DNA of 63,984 bases, counting the filler, from Conidiobolus incongruus B7586 (lineage: Eukaryota), in assembly GCA_000697335.1 (NCBI GenBank). It is 12 parts of 12 records of this genome, joined end to end, with 100 filler letters (N's around TTAATTAATTAA, not from the genome) between each part and the next. Parts side by side here need not be neighbours in the genome. Positions count along the whole stretch, not along the records: positions 27,797 to 54,963 come from JNEM01007375.1; 11 more parts are not named here. One strand, given 5' to 3'. Below are positions 27,797 to 42,081 of the stretch, in pieces; the stretch's first letter is position 1; each line of letters opens with the position of its first letter. The notes below the pieces were generated by a model. That model saw only the letters and a program-made list of their open reading frames with translations. It was not told the origin of the DNA and searched no databases. Position numbers and translations under genes: made by a program.

Positions 27797-28565
27797 ATTC
27801 AAAATTATATATTATTAGAATAAATAAAATATATATTTATTGAAATTTCTAAAAGAGCTTTTTTTAACTTTATATTTTGATTTATTTTGAATTATTTAAT
27901 TCAATAAAATTAAAGGTTTATTAATTATAATCATCTTAATTAAAGTTATTATTACTAATTATTACTATTCAGGATTTATTTAACTATAATTATTTTAATT
28001 TTTTTAAACTTAAATTAAATAATAAATGTTTAATATTTTTAATAATCAAAATAAGTTTAGAAATTAATATATATTATATATCAATATAATAAATAATATC
28101 TTGCTTTTATAATTTTTTAACTAATATAAATAGATGTTTTTAATTTAATATTGAGTTTATTAATAAAAAAATAATAAAAATTAGCTCTGTTAATTCTGTT
28201 AAATTAAACAATATTCCTTATAGATTTAAAATAGAAAAGCTAATAATAAATGGTAGTTTAAAAAAATTATTATTGTTATAAACTATTTAGAAACCTTAAA
28301 TAGTTTTAAATTATTTGTAATTATCTTTTAATGATATTAAAATAAATAACTTTTGATAATTACTATATATTTATATATTATTATACTCAAAGGTAGATTA
28401 TTTAATAGAAATATTTTAATTAAAAAGTGATTATAAATGAATATACATATAAATAGTTTGAAAATAATTTTTGTTATATATTTTATATATAATTTTTTTT
28501 TAAATCTAATTATATATTTGAAAAATCAGAAATTAAAATTCTTTCCATATCTCAACTGATACTTA
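27797..28565 (-). mobile_element. Highly decayed mariner relic (5' UTR/TIR recognisable at ~28440-28565)
   Basis: tttgaaaaatcagaaattaaaatt..tttccatatct resembles the mariner 5' ends at 5700-5755 and 26160-26208. The left boundary is uncertain. Confidence 0.5.
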
Positions 28566-31500
28566 TTTTAATTCAAATTTTATTGGCTGATGTATTGAAT
28601 ATATTTGGATATAGTTCATATATCTATGAAATGTAAGATCGTATGTATATGATTCCAGATTGGATGGTATACACAATATCACGATAACTGTTATCCATTT
28701 TAAAGTCGGCTCAACCAGCAATAAAACCGCAAATCCGACCACATTTAATGTGCCTAAGAACTTAAAAACTTGGATAAATATATGTCAGTTCCTTGATATT
28801 TCATTTCGTTTCGGCCATAGCAAACGGGATGAAATATGAATTCTTGGAGAAGTATCCATAGATATTATTGGTCTCAATGGTACAACAAATGAATGAACTA
28901 TCAAATTGTTTATCAACCAGCAACTTGTACAATTTGACTCGAGTTTGGCCCGTATTGGTAATTATTCGAAATTCTTAAATATCACCATTCACAAACAAGT
29001 GTTACTGACAAAAATTGTTCGGCTTTGTATATTCTGGAAGGATTTTTGCCTAAAATTAAATTTCTGGCACTGTCCAATTTTTTCCAATATGACTTTGAAA
29101 GGAAAATTGAAGTGATTTGAGTCCTACTACAAACGCTATATTGCCTCCAGTTCCTGGCCGTGTAATAATATTTATCAATAATCAAAATTTACTCTTAAGT
29201 TAGATGATGTTCAAATATTACAAACGAGTCGTGGTTCGTATGAAAAGATCAGGATTGCCAAAATAAATTGCTTTTAGAATTTTGGCTCTTCAATATTCAG
29301 AATCAACAAAGGCGAAAATTACAGAGAATACCAGTTAAAAAAATAAACACCTTGCAGAATTGTTTTTGATAGCAAACGCTATAACTGTCTATAAAAGCGA
29401 AATTTGTGACATTAGAGAACAAATTTTAACAAGTGCTATATCTGATTTGTTAACAAAATTTGTTATATTGGACTAAAATAAATGGACTTTGGAATTCTGC
29501 CAATTATTAAATTACGCTTATGCAATATCCAATTTAGAATCATATAATCACGATTCTCTGAAATTGAATAATCAATTGAGATTAGTTAATGTTAATATGA
29601 AAATTGATTATATAAACATATTCCAATATATAAAATATATGTACAAATTTTATAGGTCAGATCATTTTCATTTCTAAAATTCATTTAACTATATCTGTTA
29701 AAAATTATGAATTCAGAGAAATTACTTCAGAATTAATACAAATTACTTCGGAGTTGTCAATATATTATTTCACTATTATTGCAGTGATATGTCCTTTAAT
29801 AAAATTACTATTTGATTATTTCATATATCGAAGATACACAATGCATATTTAATCGATATATTATTAAGTGATGAATTAAATGAAATTATGGATGATATAT
29901 GATACTAATCAACTCACGAATTTACTTGATTACTATAGAATTTAATCAATGAAACACATATAAAGGTACAGCTCTATAATCAAACTGCATCTATGAAATC
30001 ATTTTAAGCCTAGAATAGTTGTAATTATATTTAAATTGCAATATATCGGATATTCAAGACAATGAAAATGCTCCATGTGTAACTTTAGTTAATATATATT
30101 TCAATAATAATTTATAATTATATTTTCTATTGTTTTGTAGATATTTTAATAACTCATTTGAAATAAATTCTTTTGACTCAAATCAATGTATATAATCCTC
30201 AATTAAAAATATTTTATACTATATAATATCACTACTTTAATAACGTATTAGAAATCAAAATTATAATCAAATTGGAATTATATATTGAAATTGTTTAAAA
30301 AATTAATTAAAAACCACAAAAATGGTAGAATTTTAATAACAAAAAATATATATATTATTATTTATGATAATATACTCAATACACTATTTCAAAGATGTAT
30401 TTATAAATTTGTATAATAACATTAAATCAAGTTTATAAATTATTTATAACATTAATTAAAAATGATATTATTGGGTATAATATACCACACTTCAAATTTA
30501 TAAATTAAGCATATTAATATATTTAAGGTATTTATTATTTTTATTAAATTGAAGATCCTAATTAATAATTAATAAAATAAAATCACAGTGAGTTATCATT
30601 TTTGTGGCCAATGAATTATTACATATTATTTAAAAATATCGAATAGTCATTAATATTTAAAAAAATGACTTATGTAACTCGGTTGATTTTCTTTTTGGCA
30701 TTTTACAGTTTGTTAATTAAAACATTTATGTTATATATTATATATAAAATATCAAATAACTCTATAAAATATATAAATATAAAATGCTTTTATTGCATTT
30801 GATCATTAATAAATATAGGGTAATATGATATTTATTATTCATTTATTTTTAATAATATTTGATAGATAATAATATCATATTCACATTATTAATATAAAAT
30901 CATCTCTTGTTTAAATTTAATATTAGTATATGATTACCAAATTAAATATTATATAGTGTATTATTATAATATTTTAAATTAAGCATTTTATTATGCTCAA
31001 GATTTGAAAAAAATAAAAATTTAAAAATATTTATTCAAATTAACTATAGATGTTTTGATTTTATTTGGATATATTCTGAATTTAATTAATAATATAATGT
31101 TTTATACTACTTTCTATAATAATGTATAAGAAATACCATTAAAAATTCTGATATTACTAGCTATATTAATAAAGTCTAAATTATTGTATTAGGATGAAAA
31201 TATTTTTCATAATTAATATAATATTAAGTATATTAACCTATATATTGAAATATCAATTATTAAATCAATATACTTCAATAATTTGATCTAGATAACAGGT
31301 ATTGTATAGATCAGCTATATTGCCAATAAATATATATTGCATATTATTGCTATGATATTTTATCAAACAATAATAATATATTTAACAATATATGTAGCAA
31401 AATGGAATTTCTTTAATCATTAAGGAACTTGTAATTTACCATTTTTCAGCAATTTTAATTTTCTTTCATAAATCTTCAATCATGTTATTATACTACAAAT

Positions 31501-33251
31501 TATTTTGTTATTTCGGAAATGGAAGGTTATGAATATATAGCCGGTTTTAAATTTTTAATTGTTATCAAAAACATACTATTTAAACATTGGGTTGTTTTCC
31601 AGTTAAAATTACTTGACATTCCCAATATAATGATGAGATATAATATGGATTAAATACATAAGTTAAAAATATATTAGTTAAGCCATTTTATTTCAATAAT
31701 ATTTAATAATACATCCTTTATATATTTAGATTTACTTTGCAATTATTATAGATATTAATTTCTAAAATTTAATAAAATCATATGATCAATAATCCTTGTT
31801 TTGATTTATTAAATATAATTGAATTTGTATTTGGTTATCAATATAATATTTAATATTATATTAGGTATTTATAATTAGATTCATTAATTGGTTAATATTA
31901 ATTAATAAAATTTTAAATATTACAAATTTATATATAATTTGTCAGAAAAAAGTTAGAAATATTTCTAAATTCATGGATTTCTAGCTAATTTTTCGATTTT
32001 AAATGCAATAGAAATTTTTACAATGAATTTGAAAAAAATTAATCAAAATTGTTCTATTTAGATTATTTAATGGAATTTAGCATTTTTTCTGAAATTTGTT
32101 TTATTATATGATCAATTTAGCGCAACATGTTAATATAAAATAAAAAGTATAATGATTTAATAGATATTATTAAATCAAGTTGCACCTATCAAAATTCCTA
32201 GTAGGATTTAAATAGTGTATCTTAAAAAGAGATTTAAATCATTAATAAAACTGGTTATTCTTTCACAAACCTCCATTTCCATAATAGCAAAGATAATTTG
32301 GAACAAAGTAATAATATTAAAAATATTCTCGCTTAAATTTAATCCTTGACATTATAACACCATTTTCCAATGATCTATAAAATATTATTTTTAGAATATT
32401 TATAACGATACATAATAAAATTATGTATTTACTTTATTTAAATGTGCCAAATTATGAGCTATGTATAGCAGCAAAATATACAAATCATAGTTATTATTTT
32501 TGATCCAAGTATTGAGTTCAATTGATCCTATAATGTTTAAAACATTGTAATATTATCAATTCATTCTCATATTTTTATATGTTGGCAGTTTGAATTTAGT
32601 TTGATCATAATAATTGCAATATTGAACACATTACTTTTAATATTATTTAGTGTATTATAAAAGTTGATACTGGAATATTGTAAAATTTTAAATAATTATT
32701 TTTGGCAAATATCATATCAAAATCAATATTATAAAATATTTGATACCTAATTATCTTTCAGAGTTTCATGTGGGAATATATAGTGAATTGTTCCCAAATC
32801 ATTTGACAGGACTCTAAAATATCATTTGTAAAATGCTGAATTACGTGTTTTAAATTAAATACAGCCAAATTGATTTATATATATAGATGGACTTAGATTG
32901 ATTATACTGGGATCATAGTAAAGGTTATATATAAGTATCAAACTTACATATATATATATATATATTTCGTGACTTTAAAAGAAAAAATTCATTAAGATTA
33001 ATATTAATTTTATCAATATAAAATTTTCTTTAAATATATCTTCAATAAAATATTGACATATAATGGGTAATAATATATACAATGGAAATTCATAATCAAT
33101 TATTTAATTTCTTAATATATATCTCTATCATTAATTGAAAATACTGGTTAAATTGGCAAATGAAATATTAAAACTGCGAATATATTACTCTATAAATATC
33201 TGAATACATATTTCAATTAATTGATTTTAGGTCTTTGATTTTAATAGAGAA

Positions 33252-34892
33252 ATGTCATTAATCACCTTATTATTGATTCACTCTTTAATTGCTGATACCG
33301 GGAATGATATAGCTTTTTCATATTCTTCATGCCTTTATAAAAATAACAAGTTATACGTTTATGATAATACTATTCCAAATATTCGGGAGACGACAGTTAC
33401 TATTTATAATTTAAAGGATGGACCTATCCAAGACATAATTAAAGATTCTTATTCATTTGGGTTACCCAAAGTTTCAACCAACTACAGACCTCATTTTTTT
33501 GATATTCCAAATGCAGTAAACAATGATAAATCAGATGAGTTATGGATGATAGGAGGAAAAAGCTTTGATGATATAAAAGATAATAAACCGATTACAGAGA
33601 AAGAATGGACCAGTAAACTACTTGTCGAACAGAAAGAATTGATGTTTAACTCTAGTTTGATCCCTATTCCTGATTTTGTTAGCTTTCCCAAAGGATATTA
33701 TTCACTAGCAACCGTTAAAAACAAAGAAGCTTCTGTTCTCTATTTTCTGGGAGGATCTATTTATCTTTCACAAGCAAATGAGCCTGTTGCGTCGAATTTG
33801 TTTTTTAAATATGACTTTATAGCAAAAAAGTGGAGTGATTTGAGTCATACTACAAAAGGCCAATTGCCTCCAGTTGCTTATCATAAAACAGTGGTTATTG
33901 AAAATCGCTATTTACTCATACTTGGTGGAGTGATGTCCAATGTCACGATTGATTCGGAGTTCGAATGGAAGGAAGGACATCTAGAAACAAGGTCTTTTTC
34001 GGACTTCTGGCGATACGATATTAAGCAGGAGAAATGGAAAAATATCCAGGTTAACAAGGATTTAGAAAATAAACAATTTATAGAGTTGAAAGTTGAAGGA
34101 TTCTCTGCAACTTCCTATAAAAACAAAGTTTATATCTACGGAGGAGTCATTTCTAACGAAAAAGAATTCGATTTCAGAAAAAATTTAGTTATATTGGATC
34201 ATGATAAATTGACTATAGAATCTCGTCAATTAGTTTTTCCTAATAATACAAAAATGGAATTGAGATTATGTCGTCATGATTCTTTTATATTAAATGATCA
34301 ATTAATATTAGTTCATGGTAAGTCAATAAATTTCGATTATATATATTATTCTAATATATGAAATTTAGGTTATTCTCCTGATTCCAGAGTCGACATTGTA
34401 CCCATCGATCTCCACACATTTACTTTGAAAAGTAGTTTGAACGTGACTTGAAAAGAATATATATCTGGTGATACTTCTACAGGATTACCACAATATGCTA
34501 TCATTATTATCTCCATATTTTGTGTATTGATTGTATTAGTTGTTGGATATTTCATATATAGAAGATATAAAGGCAAATCAACTAGTACATCATCTAATAT
34601 TGAATTTAAAAACCAATCGATGCAAGATGTATGGTCATCACCGACTCCCAATCCAACTAACAAACGTAATACCAAAAATATGCGAACTTTCGACCCATAC
34701 AATATATCTGATTCAACTTATAACAAATCTAATTTGCCCATTGGTTCACAGCAGCTTAGTGACCACTCAAACACTCAAATATTAATGAACTTACCTCAAT
34801 TTCAACATGAAGTGGATATGGGAGACACAGAACTTACTTCAAGCACTTTAATTCAAAACAATTCCAATTACAATTCCAGTCCCAATAATTAA
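33252..34892 (+). CDS. Signal peptide + kelch-repeat single-pass membrane protein, with an in-frame TGA at 34449 (possible pseudogene or truncated allele); intron 34318-34368
   Basis: Hydrophobic N-terminus and kelch motifs (LYFLGG..FKYDF..KW, LLILGG..WRYDI..KW). The TM helix YAIIIISIFCVLIVLVVGYFIY lies downstream of the stop, in the same frame. Confidence 0.8.
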
Positions 34893-35403
34893 TTATTAAT
34901 AAAATCGTATTATTTATTATTTATATTATATTTCTAATATAATTTGGCTATGTTGATTTTCTCATAAAAGCCAAGTTACTTGATCTAATAATTTTAAGTT
35001 TGTTAACTAGTAAATTTATCAAAATCCTTTCTAAACTACAATTAATGAATCAAGCAATAAATTTTGAAATATTTTTTATTCTTATTTCAAATCAATAAAA
35101 AATTAAGCTATTATTCAGAATTTTTAGAATACCTTTTTTACTCAATTTTTTATTACATCACTGTTTTAATTATTAATAAGCTCCATCACCTGTTAATATA
35201 AATACTTTCTTTGGTATGATTCTTCTATACCTAAATAAAATTCAATTGATTTGTAATTTGAGAAATAAGAATATATATACTAGGTCTTAACCAAGGTCTA
35301 CTTGTTTAAATAATAAAAGTCATTATACTTTTCTTATACAAGATTTTAGTGAAATTCTGACTAATAAAATAATGAATAATTATATTTCAACTAATTTTAT
35401 TAC

Positions 35404-36267
35404 TTATAAAGTTCTCTTTCTTTGCTTTTCAAACTTTTCTCTATCTAACTTAACTGCTAAGCTTTGTATATGCGAACAACTAATATTCCATCTTCGTATA
35501 TGATAATGATCTAAATTGGGACGATTTAAATTCACTGCATAAGTATGCTCAAAGTGATTCGTATCTATTAGATTATGTAATTCATTCAATCCAAATTCCA
35601 TTAATTCTACCAATTCATAATAGTCATGTGTTAAGCATGATAGCTTTGGTAGAACTATATAGTCATATCCTAAAATAATCTATTAGCATTTCTTATATTT
35701 GCTAAATTTATGAAATTTACTATTTCTTCCATGAGTAGCAAAGACTATAGAACAAATATTTTGCATTCTTTTCTTCGTTTTAGTTCTTAAAACGGCCATA
35801 TTATCCACAAAATATTTTCGACTGATTAAACTAAGTCTATAGGTATCCAGCTTTTTTCCTGTTCTTTTACCTATTCATAAATGTTATTAACTGGTATATT
35901 AGATCATTCATTATTAATTACAGTGAACTATCTGATCATCTCTCCACTTATAACCCATAATAATCATTTGATCACATACGTTTACGCTTGGAACATATTT
36001 TAAATCTATATTGTAAATGTCTTCCCTCGACAATGCAGATAATCTAGCCTATGCCAATTAATATACTATAGAATATTTTTATTAATTCATTTTTTTTACT
36101 TGAAATTTCGAATTTTTAATATTATCAATAGTTAAATCAGAATCCTTTTGATACAGACAAGTATAATTTGGTTTTGGTAAATAACTCGAATATCTTATAA
36201 AATTGAAATTAATTGAATTAAATCTTAATAAATTTATTATATTTTTATTTATTATTAGCTTTGACAT
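35404..36267 (-). CDS. Putative mitochondrion-targeted bacterial-type RNase P protein subunit (RnpA-like), 236 aa; exons 36267-36100, 36048-35922, 35870-35721, 35669-35404
   Basis: Three 51-nt GT-AG introns give an uninterrupted 711-nt frame. The spliced protein contains YRLSLISRKYFVDNMAVLRTKTKKRMQNI..RYDYIVLPK..THDYYELVELM, matching the RnpA pattern RLGISVSKK..AVxRNRxKRxxR..GYDxVV..DYxEL by eye. The N-terminus is acid-free and K/R/S-rich. Confidence 0.68.
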
Positions 36268-37022
36268 ATTTTTTATAAATTAATTTGAAATTCATTTAAA
36301 TTTAACTTTATTTAATTTTTTAAATTTTATCTTATTTATGGGATTTATCATGGAATCATTATTATGAATAAGTGATTCATATTCTTAATAGGAAATAATT
36401 TTGAAATAACAAAAAATTTAAATAATAATTTTGGTCAATTATGTATCATTATTTTTGGCTCAATTATATATTATAAATATCAATAGTTGAAATTGGTAAT
36501 ATTTTAAATATACTAATTGAAATGCTTTAATAATGTTCTTTCTTTTAATACATTAATCATAATTTTTATCATTATACTTAGTTAATCAATATATTAAATA
36601 ATATTCTTTTTGGTGTAATTAATATTTGTATAAAGCTGTTTCATTTGCCAAATTTTTCTCAATTATAATTTTTTATATCTTCAAAAATAAAATTGTAAAA
36701 AAAGAAATAATGATTCTTGGCATTCATAAAATAGCTTTAAAATTGATATATATTTTAAAATATAATCAGTAAACTAATATTTATTAGATTATATATTCCA
36801 ACTATAAAACTTCACTAATAGCAAATTTCTCTTATTTGCATTCATCCTCAAATTCCGAATTAAATTTCTAGATTACCAAATCATCCCATAATCTGGAGGT
36901 AATAACCAAATTATAATTTTAATGATTTGGAAAACTGTGAAAATAAGCTAGCTAAATATACCAGTATAAAATAATATATTAGAAAGTATCAAATTATATT
37001 CACTGGTTTAGTATAAGCTACA

Positions 37023-40000
37023 ATGTATCGTAATTATCAAAAACCCGATTTAGCTTTGAAGAGAGCTCAAGGTACCAATTCACTACAATTAATAGTTTCC
37101 TTTCATATATTACGTCAATTCAATTACTAATAAATATCTTTATAGAGCTCATCTTGGTTGATCAATCCACAGCCGCTTTAGAAACTTTGCAAGAGGTTTT
37201 AAACTCTAAACGCTCTAGAAATGTTTCCGTTAATATTATGGAACCCATTATGTTAAAATTTTTAGAATTATGTGTTGATATGAAAAAAGGAAAATTGGCT
37301 AAGGATGGTTTACTTCAATATAAGAATATTGTTCAAAATGTCGATGTTGGCAGTTTAGAAGTATATTTTTTATCAATCTTTTATTAATGAATATTAATCA
37401 ATATTTTAGAATGTTATTAAATATTATTTGAAATTAAGTGAAGCTAAAGTTGTTGAAGCTCAAGAAAAAGCTGATCAATTAACTTTAGATGTTGAAGACT
37501 TGGAAGCTGCCGAACTTCCTGAAACTTTCTTATTACATACTGTCAGTGGTGAACAAGATAAAGATCGTACCGATCGCTCTGTTGTCACTCCTTGGTTAAA
37601 GTTATTGTGGGAAGCCTACAGGAATGCTTTGGATGTTCTCAAGAACAACACCCGCTTAGAAGAAGTTTACCAAGTTGTCTGTCACCAAACTTTCCAATTC
37701 TGTCTTAAGTACCAAAGAAAAGTTGAATTCCGTCGCCTTTGTGAATTACTTCGTAGCCACTTGCACAACTTCTCTAAGTACGCTCATCAAGCTCACTCTG
37801 TCAACTTGAACGATCCCGAATCTCTTCAACGCCAATTGACTACTAGATTTGAACAACTTAATGTTTCTACTGAATTAGAATTGTGGCATGAAGCTTTCCA
37901 TTCCATTGAAGATATTCACAGCTTATTGACCCACACCAAGAAGGCTCCTAAGGCTCAAATCATGGCTGACTATTATAGCAAATTGGTTACCATTTTGAAG
38001 GTTTCTCAAAACCATCTCTTCCATGCTGCTGCTTTGAACCGTTACTATTCTGTCATGAATCAACAATCTTCTACTGCCTCTGCCGAGAAGAAGCAATCTA
38101 TTGCTGAACAAGCTTTGCTTGCCACTCTCGCTGTCCCTGTCATCACTCCTTCCAGCGAACGTATCCTATTGTCTGAACATGATGAATTCAAATCCAACCA
38201 ACTCAGATTGACTGGTTTATTGAATTTGACCCGTCTCCCTACCCGTTCCACATTGATCAAGGACCTCTTGAACCACGGTGTCTTGAGCATTGTCAGTCCT
38301 TCTTTAAAGAACTTGTACCACTTCTTGGAAACTGAATTCCACCCCTTATCCATCTGTAAGAAGTTGGCTCCTATCCTTGCTGAACTCCAAAAGAACTCAG
38401 CTTCTGCTCACTACGTCGCTCCTTTACGCCAAGTTGTTTTGACTAGATTATTACAACAACTTTCTCAAGTTTACACCACCATCAAGATTGACTCTATTGT
38501 CAAGTTAGCTTCCTTCGCTCCTTACTTTGAATATGACACTATTGCTATCGAAAAGTTCATCATGAACGGCTGTAAACGCGGAGAATTAGCTATTCACATT
38601 GATCACGCCACTTCCACCATCACTTTCGATACTGATTTATTCTCTACTCAAAGAACTAGTTCTATTGCTGAAGGACCCAAGTTACAACATACTCCTTCTG
38701 AACTTATGAAGAGCCAACTTTCCAACCTTGCCAAGCGTCTCTACTGCGCTATCAACATTATGGACCCCTCTATCCGTGAAAACAAGTTGAAGAGCAAGGA
38801 AGAAGCCTTCGCTGCCACCCTTGCCGCCGCCAAGGAAGAGCACAAGGAAACTCTTGCTCGCAAGGCCTTAATCGAAAGACGCAAAGAAATTGCCGAAATT
38901 CTCCAGCAACACCGCGAAAAGGAAGAAGCTCGCGAACGTGCCATCCAACTCGCTCGTGCTCAAGAAGCCGAACGCATCAGAATTGCCGAAGAAACTAAGC
39001 GTCGTGAAGAAGAACGCAAGCGCAAAGAACTCGAAGCCATCCAACGCGAAGAAGCCCTTAAATTGGCCGAATCCATGAAGGGCAAGATTGATGTCGATAT
39101 TTTATCCATGGAAAACTTGGATACCTCCAAGGTTATGCAATTACAATTAGAAGCCTTAGAACGTGAAAAGAACGAAATGGCCAACAAGCTCAAGGCTATC
39201 AACCGCCACATTGACCACTTGGAGCGTGCCTTCCGTAAGGAAGAAATTCCTTTGTTGGATAAAGACTATGAAAACCAACAAAAGGAAGATATTGCTTCTC
39301 ACGAAGCTGCTTACAAGGCTTTGGTCGCTCAAACTAAGGCTAAACATGAAGAAGACATGTTATACAAGAAGAGATTCACCCGTGTCCTTCCCTTCTATAA
39401 CAAATACATGGACCAACTCAACCAAGCTCGCAATGCCCAATACCAAGAGAAGCGCGCCGAGCTCGAAGCCCAAAAGGAAGCCGAAAAGAAGGCCATTATC
39501 GAAGAGTTCCGTGCCTACCGCGCCAAGGTCGAAGCTGAAGAAGCCGAAGCTCGCCGCATCAAAGAAGAGAAGGAAAGACTCGAAAGAGAAAGAAAGGAAG
39601 AAGAAGAGCGTCTCCGTGCTGAAAAGGCCGCTAAGGAAGCTGCTGCTAAAGCCGAAGAAGCCGAACGCTTGCGCAAATTGGACGAACAAGCTGCCAAGCA
39701 ACGTGAAAGAGAACGTTTGGCTGAAGAAAAGATTGCTGCCAGCAGGGCTAAAATTGAGCCTCCCAAAACCACTTCCGCATTCAATTCCATTGGTTCTGGC
39801 GCTTGGAAATCCTCTAGAGTCTCTGCCCAAAAAGAAGCTGAGCCTAGTGCCGCTCCCTCTGCCGCTCCTCCCAAGACTCCCGTCGCTCCCGGTGGTTGGA
39901 GAGCTCGTATGGCTGCTAAGGAAGCTGCTGCCAAGGCTGAACAAGAAAAGGAAACCTCCTCCACTCCCCCTCCCCCTCAAAGAAATCCTTCTTACTCTGC

Positions 40001-40028
40001 TTTTGGAGGACGCAACAGACGTAATTAA
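37023..40028 (+). CDS. TIF32: Translation initiation factor eIF3 subunit A (exons 37023-37071, 37146-37360, 37410-40028)
   Basis: N-terminus KPDLALKRAQEL, LKLLWEAYR, EFRRLCELLRSHL, PCI region and a charged coiled-coil tail. Two GT-AG introns. Confidence 0.96.
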
Positions 40029-40692
40029 ACGGACGTTTCATACTGATCCTATTGTCATCACCCATATATTTTTTCTTTGGAATAAATTATCATTTTTCAA
40101 TACTTGACAATTTATATTCAGTTTTTAACCATATTTCAATATATATCAAATTTCATATACCATCGAATTTACCCATATTAACAATTTAATTATAGTTATT
40201 TACTCTATCAATTCAAGTAATTATATTCTATATCAATTATAATAAATTTAAAGTAAATGAAAGGTTATTATCAATTAAAATTTTATTAAAAAATTGAAAT
40301 TGATAATTTATTTTTTTTTGATTTCATTAATTAATTATAACTTATAAATTTATTAAATTTGAATAAAGTTCAAAAATTATTCATTTAATGAATTTATAAT
40401 AATGGCTATTATATTACTAACCATAATATTGAATTTTAGAGACTATCTATTGGGTCCTAAAAACAAACAATTATCAAGTTTTATTAAGTGGAAAAAATAC
40501 TCAAGATAGAGAATAATATTCACACATATTCAAAATTTCAACTTATCAATTCTAAAATTTACACAAGTTGTGAGATTATTGATAAGAATTAGTGATAATC
40601 AATTATTTAAAGCAATGCAATTTAATATTAAATAAGTCGTCTGATTTTTATTATCTAATAAAATATGAATCAATTGTTAACAAACTGTGTTA

Positions 40693-42081
40693 TTAATGGT
40701 AATGGTGGTGGTGATGATTGCCAATATGTTGATTTTGATATTGGTTTGTAATAACATAATGATCATCAGTGCTAATTTGAAGAATCAAATGATCTAAGAT
40801 ATTCTCCCACTTGGAGTAGATATCGTTAAAAGCGCTCCCCTCATCAATCATGGAAGGATTGATGGTAACTTTTAAACTACCGATAAATTCGCCATAAGAA
40901 TTTTTCCAAAAGTGCTCTCTTTCCACCTTAGTGACGAACGGTAATCTATGAATCTGTATGGTGTTTTAGGGTTTAATCATTGCTATATTTGGGATTGGCT
41001 ATTACCTCCATCAATGACTGATTAATTGGTTCTGATATTTCTTCAGGCAATGTCTGAAGTAGGATCATAGACAGTGTGATACAAGGAGGCCCCGTCAAAT
41101 AAAAGATCACACCAGCTTGGATAAGAGATAAATAAGCATCCAATTGAGTGGGATCAACACCAAAGTGGAATCCAAACATAAAGAATACGGTAACAAGACC
41201 CATTGCTACAGTTGTCAAGTTGTAAGGATTTAAAATTTGGCGTTTGTTTTCACTGCCATAACGACTATATCTAGCAGTGTGTTCTCTGTAAAATCGAACT
41301 ATAGAATATATTAATCAATTAGAATAAAAAATAATATGAATATAATTACCTAACCAAAGTTGCCAATGATTAGAATAAATCAAACCCGAAGCAAAAGTCA
41401 CACCACAGCAAATTAAGACTAAGGCAACACCAAAAAAACTATACAAAAACAAGCCAATTAAAATTATTATCATTAATATGCGATTGATTTGAATGTTACT
41501 TTGTAAGTCCAAAACTATAAGCAGTAGCCAACAAGTCTTCAGAATTAGACGATTCCGATAATAAAATAGTTTCGAGAGACTCTTTAAGCATATTGATAGC
41601 TGCAAATAATATATATAATAAATTCACGAAAGTGAATAAAATTTCAAATCGCTTTAACCTAAGACCTATTAGAATATTACAGATATCAAATAATTGAAAT
41701 ATTACCCGTATGGATAACTTGCGGAAGGACCCGACAAATCGTCATAACTCATTAAGACTTGAGATACGAGCTGGTTCATAAGACCGAAACCGTCGAATAT
41801 AACGATATAACCAAAACCTGTTAATGCTAAATTACACATTAAACATTATTCTAAACATTATGATTGATAAAATTACTCAAACTCTCGTTGTACAAAGCCA
41901 AACCCAATGTAGAAAACCCAACCAAGAGGTGAAATAGAGCCCAATACAACATATTTCTGTGAGGGGAACTAAATCTTGGGATGATATACATTGCTAACTG
42001 AAACAAAGACATTTTATCCTTTGGATTCGTCCTCAAACTTGGAAGATCCGAATTATGCCCCAAATGAATATTCGTATTCAT
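40693..42081 (-). CDS. Multi-exon CDF (cation diffusion facilitator) zinc transporter, Zrg17/ZnT6-like
   Basis: TM exons WALFHLLVGF, GYIVIFDGFG, YG..RFEILFTF and LSMILLQT, then EHFWKNSYGEFIGSLKV and a His-rich C-terminus. Not all exon boundaries were resolved. Confidence 0.8.

Noticed and set aside
34449..34451. Selenocysteine interpretation of the in-frame TGA
   Set aside because: Not in a redox motif, and no SECIS-like hairpin is evident in the AT-rich 3' region.
35600..35870. Serine-recombinase-like reading of YDYIVLPKLSCLTHD
   Set aside because: The DRLxR catalytic arginines are absent. The fully spliced protein fits the RnpA motif order much better.
39163..40107. 314-aa alternative-frame ORF and antisense ORFs in eIF3a
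   Set aside because: By-products of low-complexity, biased coding sequence with no recognisable domain.
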